The notes below the pieces were generated by a model, which saw nothing but the letters and a program-made list of their open reading frames with translations, searched no databases and was not told the origin of the DNA. A stretch of 24,000 nucleotides of DNA from an uncultured delta proteobacterium (lineage in GTDB: Bacteria; Desulfobacterota; Desulfobacteria; Desulfobacterales; SG8-13): the NCBI GenBank assembly GCA_963719015.1, contig CAVRBA010000028.1:5787-29786 (forward strand), written 5' to 3'. Both the position numbers and the translations under genes were made by a program. This document shows positions 1 to 9,060 of the stretch, one piece after another (the stretch's first letter is position 1; every line of letters starts with the position of its first letter).

Positions 1-526
1 TTCGTGTACTGTTCACAAAGGGAACGAATATCACCATCATCCTTTGTTTCTGTCATGGGAGCCTCCGTATAATAGCTCTATGCTCTATGCGAATTTTAGT
101 AATCACCTGTGCTTTACCCCAGAATTTAGAATAATATGAATCTATCAGCTTTCTTACATTTTTCTATTTTTGCGGTCCGGGAATATCGATAACAAAAATT
201 TTAGAATCAATATTTGAGTCCGTGTATTGATAAAATGAAGTGATAAGTAATTATTCCTATTTCAGATATTCGGAAAATTAACTATCTGGTATTACATCGG
301 CATTATATACAAAACCTTAAATAGGACATCGGGAAAAAACACAGAACACTAATTATTCATATGATTTTACAAAATCGCAGTAACTGCGCATTGCATATTT
401 TAAATTATAATTTACTTGGTTTTACCCTGATATCCAGGTGGCATGTGGGGAATAGTGTGGGGAGATGCTAAAAACCAAAAGAAAAAGGGGATAGATTATA
501 AGCACCTAACCCCCTGATATTGTTTG

Positions 527-601
527 TGGTGATCCCAGGGGGATTCGAACCCCCGCTACCGGCGTGAGAGGCCGGCGTCCTAACCACTAGACGATGGGAC
601 C
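527..601 (-). tRNA. tRNA-Glu (anticodon CTC), CCA encoded
   Basis: Reverse complement GGTCCCATCGTCTAGTGGTTAGGACGCCGGCCTCTCACGCCGGTAGCGGGGGTTCGAATCCCCCTGGGATCACCA folds as a cloverleaf: 7-bp acceptor stem (one G-U), anticodon loop CTCTCAC with CTC, T-loop GGTTCGAATCC. Confidence 0.96.
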
Positions 602-695
602 ATTTTTATGCGGATAATCCTGAGTTCAATAAATAAGTTACGACCGAAAGTCAATCGGATTTTATCCCGGCCTCGATTTGACGGTCGCTCTGCTT

Positions 696-908
696 CTATT
701 TTTCCAACTTTTTCCCCTGACGAATACCCACTAAAAAATAAGGGATGAAGCCGACAAACGGAATCGAGGCGATGACCCACCACAGAACCTTTTTTTGATT
801 GGATTCGAAGTCGCGTTGGGCGACATCGACGACGGCCCAGATCGTCAGAAGGAAAAAGGGTACGCACAGGCCAAGGAATATGGCGATTGATTTCAGGTCC
901 ATGATCAC
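696..908 (-). CDS. Small membrane protein with PLDc_N-like (cardiolipin synthase N-terminal) domain
   Basis: 70 aa, two TM helices, pattern '..WVIASIPFVGFIPYFLVGIRQGKK'. GTG start overlaps the upstream MltB stop (GTGA). Confidence 0.75.
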   Translation of the reverse strand: MIMDLKSIAIFLGLCVPFFLLTIWAVVDVAQRDFESNQKKVLWWVIASIPFVGFIPYFLVGIRQGKKLEK

Positions 909-1786
909 GTTTTTAATATTTCGGTGACATTTAATATCGCTTCGACATAGCGGTCACTGTGATTGTAGTGATAGATGACTTTGGTCGCTTTTTTCCGTGT
1001 GATACCCGGATACCAGCCGTGCCGTTTCAAATAGAAGGCGATGCTGGCAATGGCATCTTCGTCGTCGAACAGATTGACCTTGCCGTCGTTGTTGCCGTCT
1101 TTGGCCAGTTGATCGATATTGCTGGGCATAAACTGGGAAATGCCCATGGCCCCGGCGAAGGAACCGTTCAGCACAACGGGATCGAAACCCTCATTGGTGG
1201 TGTGCTGAAGATAGGCCTTCAGTTCCCTGTAAGACCAACCGGATTTCTTGGCCGCCTTCTGATCGAAAACCTTGCGGGTCAGCCCCGGTGTCTCTTTTAC
1301 TTCGGGCCACAAAAGATTCCTCACTTTGGGATCGGAGAGGGCCGCCATGGTCGATAGGGTGTTCAAAACCGACCGGCTTCCCAGCAACGTTCCCAATTGG
1401 GTCTCGATCAGAATAATGGCTGTAATCACCTCGCGGTCGACACCGTATGTCATTTCCGTTTTATCGAAGGCCGCCTTGTGGCGCTGCATGTATTCTCTGG
1501 CCTTGTCGATATGAATCCGATCCGTGTAACGGCCGTAGTTGACCTTGGATTCCCGGTGGACAAAATACGCCGATATCCCCTTGGTTTCGAACTTGACCTC
1601 CGGCCTGGCATACAACTGGCGGATGAAGGTTGCATCGAAACCGTCGTCAATGAGCCTCTGCTCTAACGAGCCGTAGTATTCCCCCTTGTCGTCAGTGCCG
1701 GTCGCAAGTACGGCTGAGACCGTAAGCGTTAAAAAACCCAACACCACAATTCCCATCAAGCGTCGTCCCGCATTTATTCTTTTCAT
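905..1786 (-). CDS. mltB: Lytic murein transglycosylase, MltB family
   Basis: 293 aa with 'VDREVITAIILIETQLGTLLGSRSVLNTLSTMA' and 'GSFAGAMGISQFMPSNI...DGNNDGKVNLFDDEDAIASIAFYLKRHGW', typical of the MltB/SLT family. Confidence 0.93.
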   Translation of the reverse strand: MKRINAGRRLMGIVVLGFLTLTVSAVLATGTDDKGEYYGSLEQRLIDDGFDATFIRQLYARPEVKFETKGISAYFVHRESKVNYGRYTDRIHIDKAREYMQRHKAAFDKTEMTYGVDREVITAIILIETQLGTLLGSRSVLNTLSTMAALSDPKVRNLLWPEVKETPGLTRKVFDQKAAKKSGWSYRELKAYLQHTTNEGFDPVVLNGSFAGAMGISQFMPSNIDQLAKDGNNDGKVNLFDDEDAIASIAFYLKRHGWYPGITRKKATKVIYHYNHSDRYVEAILNVTEILKT

Positions 1787-2175
1787 TTTCCCCCATCATC
1801 AGGTTCGTTATTTTTCATCCAAAGCGCATTATATGCGTATGATATACCGGTTGCACCGGCTGTATCGAAGTGTTAAACCCTAAATGATCGTAAACAAAGC
1901 GGGATCGGTTTTTATATATCTGATTTATAATGCAATTTGTAATTTGATATGCAATTTATTCGCTCTTCCCATGCTGAGTTCTAAATGTCCATTTTAAATC
2001 CCGTCTTGTTTACCCTGCGGGAAAGCCGATGACGCACCATCTGCTACGTTATCAATGGTTCGCAGTATATTAATACGGCTTCACCCTTGATGCCTTGGGC
2101 CCGGAGCATCCTCGACTTTCGCTCAATTAGGGTCAAAGGTATATAATTTACCATAATCAGAAGGATTTTTAAACT

Positions 2176-3543
2176 GTGAAAAAGACGGCCAAGACAATAT
2201 TTGTCTGCCAGTCATGCGGGTATCAGGCGCCCAAATGGATGGGAAAATGTCCTGACTGCGGCAGCTGGGACGCTTTCACCGAGGAACGCCAACAACCGCT
2301 GTCGCCGCTCGGTAAGAGCCGGTCGCTGGCAGCAGCCACGGCCGACCCGGTGCCCATAGACGCCATCGAGATCGAATCCGAATACAGATGGCTCACCGGG
2401 ATCGACGAGTTCGACCGCGTTCTCGGCGGGGGCGTTGTCCCCGGCACCCTGGTGTTGATCGGCGGGGATCCCGGTATTGGGAAATCCACGCTCATGCTTC
2501 AAGCCCTCCATGGCCTGGCCAACAACGGTCACAGGGTACTCTATGTGTCCGGGGAGGAATCGATCCGCCAGATTCGCATCCGCAGCAAACGGCTGGCAAC
2601 CGTTTCGCCCCAGCTGCTGGTGGCGGCCGAAGTGGAACTGGAGACGATTCTGCAAATGGTGGACAGGGTTAAACCGACGGTCGTGGTCGTCGATTCGATC
2701 CAGACCATGTTCAACAGCGAGCTGACATCGGCTCCCGGAAGCATCTCCCAGGTTAGAGAATCAACCGTCCGCCTGATGCTCATGGCCAAACGCAGCGGTA
2801 TTCCCTTTTTCCTGGTCGGCCACGTGACCAAGGAAGGGGCCATCGCCGGACCGAAGCTTCTCGAACACATGGTGGACACGGTGCTTTATTTCGAGGGTGA
2901 CCGGAACCACGTCTTCCGGATACTGCGCGCAGTAAAAAACCGCTTCGGATCCACCAACGAAATCGGCGTGTTTGAAATGAAAGGTCGCGGCCTGGAAGAA
3001 ATCGGCAACCCGTCGGCTGTTTTTCTTGCCGAGCGTCCGACTGACGCACCCGGATCGGTAGTGACAGCCAGTCTGGAGGGCACCCGACCGATCCTGGTCG
3101 AAATCCAGGCCCTGGCCAGCAGCAGCAGTTTCGGAACATCCCGGCGGACCATCCTCGGGCTGGACCAGAATCGCGTATCGCTGCTGGTTGCGGTCATGGA
3201 GAAAAAGCTCGGCATGCACTTGCTGGGGCACGATATATTTATGAACGTTGCCGGCGGTGTCAAAATCGACGAACCGGCCGTCGACATGGGCATTGTCGCG
3301 GCCGTGGCATCGAGTTTCCTGGACAAATCGATACCCGAAAGTACGCTGGTTCTCGGCGAAGTGGGCCTGACGGGCGAGGTGCGCGGTATCGGCCAGATCG
3401 AAACCCGAATTGCCGAAGCCCAAAAGATGGGGTTCACGCGCTGCCTTCTGCCCCAGAGCAACCACAAGCGTCTGACAAATAACAGCGCGATGAAATTGTC
3501 CGGTATCCGCAACATTGAGGAAGGGATTGAAACACTATTCTAA
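2176..3543 (+). CDS. radA: DNA repair protein RadA
   Basis: 455 aa, GTG start; N-terminal C4 zinc finger CQSCG..CPDCG, Walker A GGDPGIGKST, KNRFG motif, Lon-like C-terminal domain. Confidence 0.97.
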   Translation: MKKTAKTIFVCQSCGYQAPKWMGKCPDCGSWDAFTEERQQPLSPLGKSRSLAAATADPVPIDAIEIESEYRWLTGIDEFDRVLGGGVVPGTLVLIGGDPGIGKSTLMLQALHGLANNGHRVLYVSGEESIRQIRIRSKRLATVSPQLLVAAEVELETILQMVDRVKPTVVVVDSIQTMFNSELTSAPGSISQVRESTVRLMLMAKRSGIPFFLVGHVTKEGAIAGPKLLEHMVDTVLYFEGDRNHVFRILRAVKNRFGSTNEIGVFEMKGRGLEEIGNPSAVFLAERPTDAPGSVVTASLEGTRPILVEIQALASSSSFGTSRRTILGLDQNRVSLLVAVMEKKLGMHLLGHDIFMNVAGGVKIDEPAVDMGIVAAVASSFLDKSIPESTLVLGEVGLTGEVRGIGQIETRIAEAQKMGFTRCLLPQSNHKRLTNNSAMKLSGIRNIEEGIETLF

Positions 3544-3545
3544 AC

Positions 3546-3689
3546 AGTGTCCAACCATAACTGGCCTATTTTCCGCTGGGAGGCGTTCTCCGCAGGTCTC
3601 CAGCTGCGGCGTACGTATAGTACGCCTCGCCGCAAACCCTTGTGCGGCCTTGCTCAGCAGAAAAAATTCTCATTTCTGAATTGGACACT
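3546..3689. repeat. ~144-bp MITE/REP-like palindromic element with 9-bp perfect terminal inverted repeats
   Basis: AGTGTCCAA (3546-3554) and TTGGACACT (3681-3689) are perfect inverted repeats. The centre holds TGCGGCGTAC-GTATA-GTACGCC(TCG)CCGCA. It starts 3 bp after the radA stop. Confidence 0.75.
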
Positions 3690-3819
3690 CAACGGTGCCA
3701 TTACATATTCGTGGATGGGCATTAACGATAAAATGTTACGCTCTGGATATTTGGTAGACTCCACCTTTTTTATCAAAAGGGGTCAATTCGGCGAGGGTGG
3801 CGTGTACGTTGCATTGATC

Positions 3820-3848
3820 TTGACGGGAATCGGTCAATAATATTATAG
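3820..3848 (+). promoter_or_regulatory. Candidate sigma70-like promoter upstream of rlmE-yebC
   Basis: TTGACG - 17 nt - TTATAG, ending 14 bp before the rlmE start codon. Confidence 0.3.
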
Positions 3849-3862
3849 AGAAACATTTTTTT

Positions 3863-4465
3863 ATGAAACGAAACGCAGTAAAACGCAACCGATGGGATGA
3901 TCACTATACGGAACGCGCCCGCAAAGAAAAATATCCGGCCCGCTCCGTATTCAAGCTGCAGGAAATACAGCGTAAGTTTCGCCTGCTCAATAAAGGCAAC
4001 CGGGTTCTCGATCTCGGATGCGCTCCCGGATCATGGCTGCTGTATGCTGCACAACTCATTGGGCCCCGCGGAAAGGTCGTCGGAGTGGATCTGCAGCCGG
4101 TCAAGATTCGGCTGCCGGCCAATGCCACCGTTCATATCGGCGATATTCTTGCGCCGGATGACACGCTGCTGGTAAATATCGGCCAGGACTATCACGCCGT
4201 GCTGAGCGATATGGCCCCCGCCACCACAGGTCAAAAGTCGATTGATGCGGCACGCTCATACAATCTCTGTCAGGCGGCATTGGATGTGGCGGTCCGTCTT
4301 TTGATACCCGGCGGCATTTTTGTCAGCAAAATATTCCAGGGTGCGGAATTTCAAGCCTATCGAAATGAGGTCAGTAATGTATTCGATAAGTTAAGGATCT
4401 TCAAACCCCAAAGCAGCCGCAAAGCGAGCAGGGAAATATTTATCATCGCAATCGGAAGACGATAG
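3863..4465 (+). CDS. rlmE: 23S rRNA (uridine-2'-O-)methyltransferase, RlmE/FtsJ family
   Basis: 200 aa; 'RSVFKLQEIQRKFRLL..GNRVLDLGCAPGSWLLYAAQLIGPRGKVVGVDL', 'LSDMAPATTGQKSIDAARSYNLCQAALDVA', 'GGIFVSKIFQG'. Confidence 0.95.
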   Translation: MKRNAVKRNRWDDHYTERARKEKYPARSVFKLQEIQRKFRLLNKGNRVLDLGCAPGSWLLYAAQLIGPRGKVVGVDLQPVKIRLPANATVHIGDILAPDDTLLVNIGQDYHAVLSDMAPATTGQKSIDAARSYNLCQAALDVAVRLLIPGGIFVSKIFQGAEFQAYRNEVSNVFDKLRIFKPQSSRKASREIFIIAIGRR

Positions 4466-4474
4466 GAGGAAACC

Positions 4475-5209
4475 ATGTCAGGCCATAGTAAATGGTCCAC
4501 CATCAAACATAAAAAGGCGGCCAGCGACGCCAAAAGAGGGAAAATTTTCACCAAACTCATCAAGGAAATCACTGTGGCCGCGCGTATGGGGGGCGGTGAT
4601 CTGAACGCAAACCCCCGTCTACGCAGTGCCATCCAAGCCGCTAAAAGCGAGAACATGCCCAAAGACAACATCGATCGGGCCGTCAAGAAAGGGACCGGTG
4701 AACTCGAAGGGGTCAGTTACGATGAGAGCATCTACGAAGGCTACGGTCCTGGCGGCGCCGCAGTCCTGATCGATTCGTTGACAGACAATAAAAACCGGGC
4801 CGTATCTGAAATCCGATTCATTTTCAATAAGAATGGCGGCAGTATGGGAGAAAACGGCTGTGTCGCCTGGATGTTCGATAAAAAAGGATACATCGTGGTG
4901 GAGCGTTCGGTGACCGACGAGGATACTCTGATGGAGGTCGCCCTGGAAGCCGGCGCCGAAGATGTGCGCGAGGATAACAGCAATTTCGAAGTCATCACCG
5001 CACCCGAAGATTTCGAAGACGTGATGGCCGCCATAGAAAAGGCCGGCATTGCCACGATCGAAGGAGAAGTCACCATGCTGCCGCAGTCAACAACGAATCT
5101 CGCCGGAAAGGAAGCAGAGCAGATGATCCGGCTAATGGACATGTTTGAGGACTGTGACGACGTCCAGAAAGTCTATACCAACGCCGATATACCGGAAGAC
5201 TTGGTATAG
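4475..5209 (+). CDS. yebC: YebC/PmpR family probable transcriptional regulatory protein
   Basis: 244 aa; '[41 protein letters not shown]', AGGAGG SD immediately upstream. Confidence 0.97.
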   Translation: MSGHSKWSTIKHKKAASDAKRGKIFTKLIKEITVAARMGGGDLNANPRLRSAIQAAKSENMPKDNIDRAVKKGTGELEGVSYDESIYEGYGPGGAAVLIDSLTDNKNRAVSEIRFIFNKNGGSMGENGCVAWMFDKKGYIVVERSVTDEDTLMEVALEAGAEDVREDNSNFEVITAPEDFEDVMAAIEKAGIATIEGEVTMLPQSTTNLAGKEAEQMIRLMDMFEDCDDVQKVYTNADIPEDLV

Positions 5210-5392
5210 CACAAAATTTTCACGGATCCTTTTCAGGGAGGGACTAAAAAGACAAATTCGAAATGCTATCGAGTCGGTGGAACCTCCACGGTAGCGCCCG
5301 CAATCCCAATCCTATTTTTGCCCCTGGCCCACATACCAACAATGAAAAAGCGACCGCCAGCAGAACACTGTCGGCGATATGGTCACTTACCC

Positions 5393-6307
5393 TTACGACA
5401 GATCCAGCATTTTTTGGACTGCCTTCAATGCCGGGCGGCGGATGTCTTCCGGAACTTTTACTTCGCCTGTCATGTCTTTCAGGCTTCGGGCCACATCATC
5501 CAGAGAGATCTTCTTCATATTCGGGCACACCATTTTTTCCGAGGCCGGGAAAAAGGCTTTCCCTGGATTATCCTTCTTCATGGGATACAATAAACCGGAT
5601 TCGGTGCCAACGATAAACGCCCCGTGGCTGGATTCCCGCACGTAACGCAGCATTCCGGATGTGCTTGCAACGGCATCCGCCAACGCTAACACTTCCGGTC
5701 GGCACTCGGGATGGGCGATAAAAATGGCCCCCGGATGCTTCTCTTTGGCCTTCTTCACATCTGCAGGGGTCAAACGATCGTGGGTGGGGCAGTAGCCTTC
5801 CCATATCTGAATTTTCTTGTTCGTCTGGGACGCTGCGTACAAGGCAAGATTCCGGTCAGGCGTCATGAGAATTTCATCCTCGACCAGGCTGTTGACAACC
5901 CGCACAACGTTGGCCGACGTGCAGCAAATCGTCGAAAGGGCTTTAACCGCAGCCGTCGAATTCACATAGGTAACAACCGGCATCGGCGGTAACTTGGCCA
6001 GTTTTGCTTCGAGCGAATCCGGGTCGACCATATCGGCCATGGGGCATCCCGCATCATGCCGAGGAAGAAGAACGGTTTTAGCGGGCGAAATGATCGAGGC
6101 GGTCTCGGCCATGAAGTGGACACCGCAAAATACGATGACCTCTGCATCGGTCTTGGATGCCTTGATGCTCAGTTCAAGCGAATCGCCACAGAGGTCGGCC
6201 AACTCCTGGATCTCCGGCGGCTGATAGTTGTGGGCCAGAATAATGGCATTGCGTTCTGCGACCAACCCTCTGATTCTCTGCTTGATATCATCCATGCTGC
6301 CATTCAT
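5393..6307 (-). CDS. nadA: Quinolinate synthase NadA
   Basis: 304 aa; 'AIILAHNYQPPEIQELADLCGDSLELS', 'VIVFCGVHFMAETASIISPAKTVLLP', 'AGCPMADM', 'AHPECRPEV', conserved Fe-S cysteines. Confidence 0.97.
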   Translation of the reverse strand: MNGSMDDIKQRIRGLVAERNAIILAHNYQPPEIQELADLCGDSLELSIKASKTDAEVIVFCGVHFMAETASIISPAKTVLLPRHDAGCPMADMVDPDSLEAKLAKLPPMPVVTYVNSTAAVKALSTICCTSANVVRVVNSLVEDEILMTPDRNLALYAASQTNKKIQIWEGYCPTHDRLTPADVKKAKEKHPGAIFIAHPECRPEVLALADAVASTSGMLRYVRESSHGAFIVGTESGLLYPMKKDNPGKAFFPASEKMVCPNMKKISLDDVARSLKDMTGEVKVPEDIRRPALKAVQKMLDLS

Positions 6308-6344
6308 CCTTCGGTGTTTTCACTCATAAAGTGATGTTTTATTA

Positions 6345-6425
6345 ACCGGGCAGTATTCTCGGCCAGGTCTATCTCTGCGGCCGACCCGTCAAAATGCACT
6401 TTCAATTATGAATCGGACATTCGAT
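6345..6425 (+). repeat. Degenerate remnant related to the 3546-3689 element
   Basis: Shares by eye 'ccgggcagtattctcggccaggtctatctctgcggc' with 'ccgctgggaggcgttctccgcaggtctccagctgcggc', and 'gaatcggacattc' with 'gaattggacactc'. A downstream 'ttcgtggatgggca' / 'ttggtggatgggca' match also occurs. Confidence 0.35.
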
Positions 6426-6457
6426 AGGGTTATCAACCATTGGTGGATGGGCACGTG

Positions 6458-7132
6458 TCATTCATCCATGGTCACCACGTCGGTGCCTTCCGGGATGGTG
6501 AAGTTGAAAAGCGATGGATCCGGTACGTCACCAATGCGCGCATTCAACAGAGTAATGCGGGTTTCATCACCATAAGCGTTGTAAGTAACCACCTGGTGAA
6601 CCGCATATGAATCTTTGTCCACCAGCAGAAGAATGTCGACAACATCGGCGGTTTTGTCGAGTGGGACGAGTTTGAGCACATGATATTTGTCATCGTCTGA
6701 AGACACCTGAGATATCTCGAACTTTCGGCGCAGTACCCTGATATCGGCCAGGAATCCGGCGCCCTTGCCGCCGGCCAGAAAAGCCGGTGCCTTACCGAGA
6801 ATCACCTGGTTGTCCTGTGGCCGATAAATCCAAAGCCGATCCGCGTTGGTAATGATGAGTTGAGGATCGGGTGTTTCGTACTCCCACCGCATCATTTCAG
6901 GTTTTCGAACGTATATCTTTCCCTTGGCCTCATCGGCGATATCCATGGCCTTGATGGTTGAAATCTGGTGAAAATCGGCCGTAAAACCGGCCACATCATA
7001 ACGGCGTTCGATCTGTTCGATGAGCTTTTCCACGCCGTCTAACGTGCCAGCGGCATTTGCCGTCGTGACTGCCCCCCGGTTAAACCCGGTCAGAACGAGT
7101 ACCAACACGACACAGCGAATCACCCATTTCAT
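6458..7132 (-). CDS. lolA: Outer membrane lipoprotein carrier protein LolA
   Basis: 224 aa with signal peptide; 'FTADFHQISTIKAMDIADEAKGKIYVRKPEMMRWEYETPDPQLIITNADRLWIYRPQDNQVI' is LolA-like. Confidence 0.93.
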   Translation of the reverse strand: MKWVIRCVVLVLVLTGFNRGAVTTANAAGTLDGVEKLIEQIERRYDVAGFTADFHQISTIKAMDIADEAKGKIYVRKPEMMRWEYETPDPQLIITNADRLWIYRPQDNQVILGKAPAFLAGGKGAGFLADIRVLRRKFEISQVSSDDDKYHVLKLVPLDKTADVVDILLLVDKDSYAVHQVVTYNAYGDETRITLLNARIGDVPDPSLFNFTIPEGTDVVTMDE

Positions 7133-7307
7133 TTGATTCTCCTTTTAAGTTTGAATGTCCGCCTGCCTTTCGGCACACAGTGGAGATCTTACAGCCGGGA
7201 TCGAGGCAGCCAGGTCAATCCATCTTGAGCGCTCTTTTTACGCGATAACGTTTTGTTTGTAAACAACGACGACCCGGTTGCTTGTGATTGGCAATATATA
7301 CATTCGT

Positions 7308-8213
7308 TTAGTTTTGTAACCGCCGCACCAGGTCTCTGAAACCATCGGTCGACTGGAGCGCAAACCCAGGGCCATCCTGGTTCTCGCGAGCTGCCGCTGC
7401 AACCCTTCCAAATACCGAAAGGCTGATATGATCGATGAGGGCAAGTTTCATCAGAAGTTCGCTTTTCGGCAGGTGGACGGCACGCTCACCGCGCATCATC
7501 AGAGTTTCGATATTGTCTCTCTTCAGCCTCTCTTCGAACAGTATCGTTTTCTGTAGCTGATTCCGACAAGCCTGTCGTCTTTTGGTCAATTCATCGAATA
7601 CTTCAGCATCATCGTCAATGTCTTCCAACATATCCAGCACGAAATCGAGGCATGTAAAGATCTGTCCGTCCGGACCCATCTTTTCGAAAAATACAGCCAG
7701 AAACTGCACTTTTTTTTCACCAAGGTTCTTGCGGAAGTTTCGCAATTTCACTTTGACGGCCGTGCGAATTGCGGGAGCAATGTGTTCCGCGACGGAATCC
7801 AATAGCTCAGCGTTTATCCGTCGGGTCAGATTGAGGCGGTGCAGGAAGGTGTCGATCATGTCCTCGGGAAAGTCCAGAGTCAGTATGCCGCGTCCGTCAG
7901 GAAACAGGAGGGTCGTCCGCAGCAGACGTCTTGAAAGTTCGTCGGTGACGATAGCGACATCCTCGCCGCTGAAAACGGCATCGTCCAGGGTCTCTTCGAT
8001 CTCTTGCTGAATCGTTTCGTCAGGGAAGAAAATAAGTTCCAGTAGACCATCCCGCTCCGGGTTGGCGTTATCGCCGATGATCTGCTTCAGCTCGATAGTT
8101 GATGGGCAGGAAAATACCGTATCGATATAATCGACGAGCCCCCCGTCGGCTTCAAGTCCATTCCGAAGAATGCGGCAGACCGATTCTACCAGCGGGCGAC
8201 AGTTTTCTTTCAT
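7308..8213 (-). CDS. Conserved hypothetical protein (helix-rich, no recognised domain)
   Basis: 301 aa ORF with coding character, 10 bp downstream of the thioredoxin gene stop (probable operon). Confidence 0.75.
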   Translation of the reverse strand: MKENCRPLVESVCRILRNGLEADGGLVDYIDTVFSCPSTIELKQIIGDNANPERDGLLELIFFPDETIQQEIEETLDDAVFSGEDVAIVTDELSRRLLRTTLLFPDGRGILTLDFPEDMIDTFLHRLNLTRRINAELLDSVAEHIAPAIRTAVKVKLRNFRKNLGEKKVQFLAVFFEKMGPDGQIFTCLDFVLDMLEDIDDDAEVFDELTKRRQACRNQLQKTILFEERLKRDNIETLMMRGERAVHLPKSELLMKLALIDHISLSVFGRVAAAARENQDGPGFALQSTDGFRDLVRRLQN

Positions 8214-8223
8214 GTCGAATTCA

Positions 8224-8811
8224 TCAGAGATAGTGGGCCAACTTCATCATCAATTGATGTTTCTGCATCCCACCCGGCAGGCTCTCCTTCAGTTCGCCAT
8301 TGTCAAAAATGAACAGGTAAGGCACGCTGAGAATGTTGAAGCGGGCGGCAATCTGCTGATTGACGTCGATATTGACCTTCCCGACCCGGATCTTTCCTTT
8401 GGACTCTCTGGCAAAATCATCGATAATTGGGGCGACGGCACCGCAGGTCGGGCACCAGGGTGCCCAGCAAAACAATAGAACCGGCAGTGGTGACGCCATG
8501 ACCGTGTTTTCGAAATTGGAATCGGTCACCATAACCGGCTGAGGGATGAAGAGTTCGGAGGCGGCCAGGGCCGATCCGCACTTTCCGCATTTGGCCCCGG
8601 CATCGATTTTGTGACCCGGTACCCGGTTGCGCGTCTTGCATTCGCTACAGCGAACCGTATAGCTGACGGATGCATCCTCAGCTACGGAAGCAGTACCCAT
8701 AAGGACATGGCATTTACCGCACCGGGCGTTGGTTTCGGCTCTATCAGCCGGGATCTTGTTTCGCGTGCCGCATGTGGGGCACCGCCGAATGATTGCCGTA
8801 GAATCGTTCAT
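8224..8811 (-). CDS. Thioredoxin-fold protein with two N-terminal zinc-ribbon modules (Trx2-like)
   Basis: 195 aa; CPTC..CGKC and CSEC..CGKC ribbons followed by a Trx domain with active site WAPWCPTCG and cis-Pro motif 'ILSVPYLFIFDNG'. Confidence 0.9.
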   Translation of the reverse strand: MNDSTAIIRRCPTCGTRNKIPADRAETNARCGKCHVLMGTASVAEDASVSYTVRCSECKTRNRVPGHKIDAGAKCGKCGSALAASELFIPQPVMVTDSNFENTVMASPLPVLLFCWAPWCPTCGAVAPIIDDFARESKGKIRVGKVNIDVNQQIAARFNILSVPYLFIFDNGELKESLPGGMQKHQLMMKLAHYL

Positions 8812-9060
8812 TGCTTTTCCTCGCGCTCTTTAAATTTTATATTAACATAAGGCCTGTTGGCTTCGAGTAAAGCGCGTACCGTTCTACCGTCGACAAGATT
8901 ATCCCGACCAAACGGGATATTGGTATCACCTGTCATCACCCAGCATTGTTTCTTTTTCACCACTCTCGAACAAAAATTCATGAAATTTTCGGGTTCGTTG
9001 CGTCCACTTCAGTGAGGTCACCGAAGACTATCGACCCGCGGCAGTGAGAATCTGCACGCC

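Noticed and set aside
2761-3465. 234-aa minus-strand ORF (and 2886..3515, 2212..2655)
   Set aside because: Antisense shadows of radA in high-GC3 coding sequence.
3547-3840. 97-aa plus-strand ORF after radA
   Set aside because: Most of its first half is the palindromic repeat; no SD and no protein-like composition.
5210-5392. Possible structured element between yebC and nadA
   Set aside because: Only short complementary segments (e.g. GGTGGAACCTCCAC); not enough to call an element.
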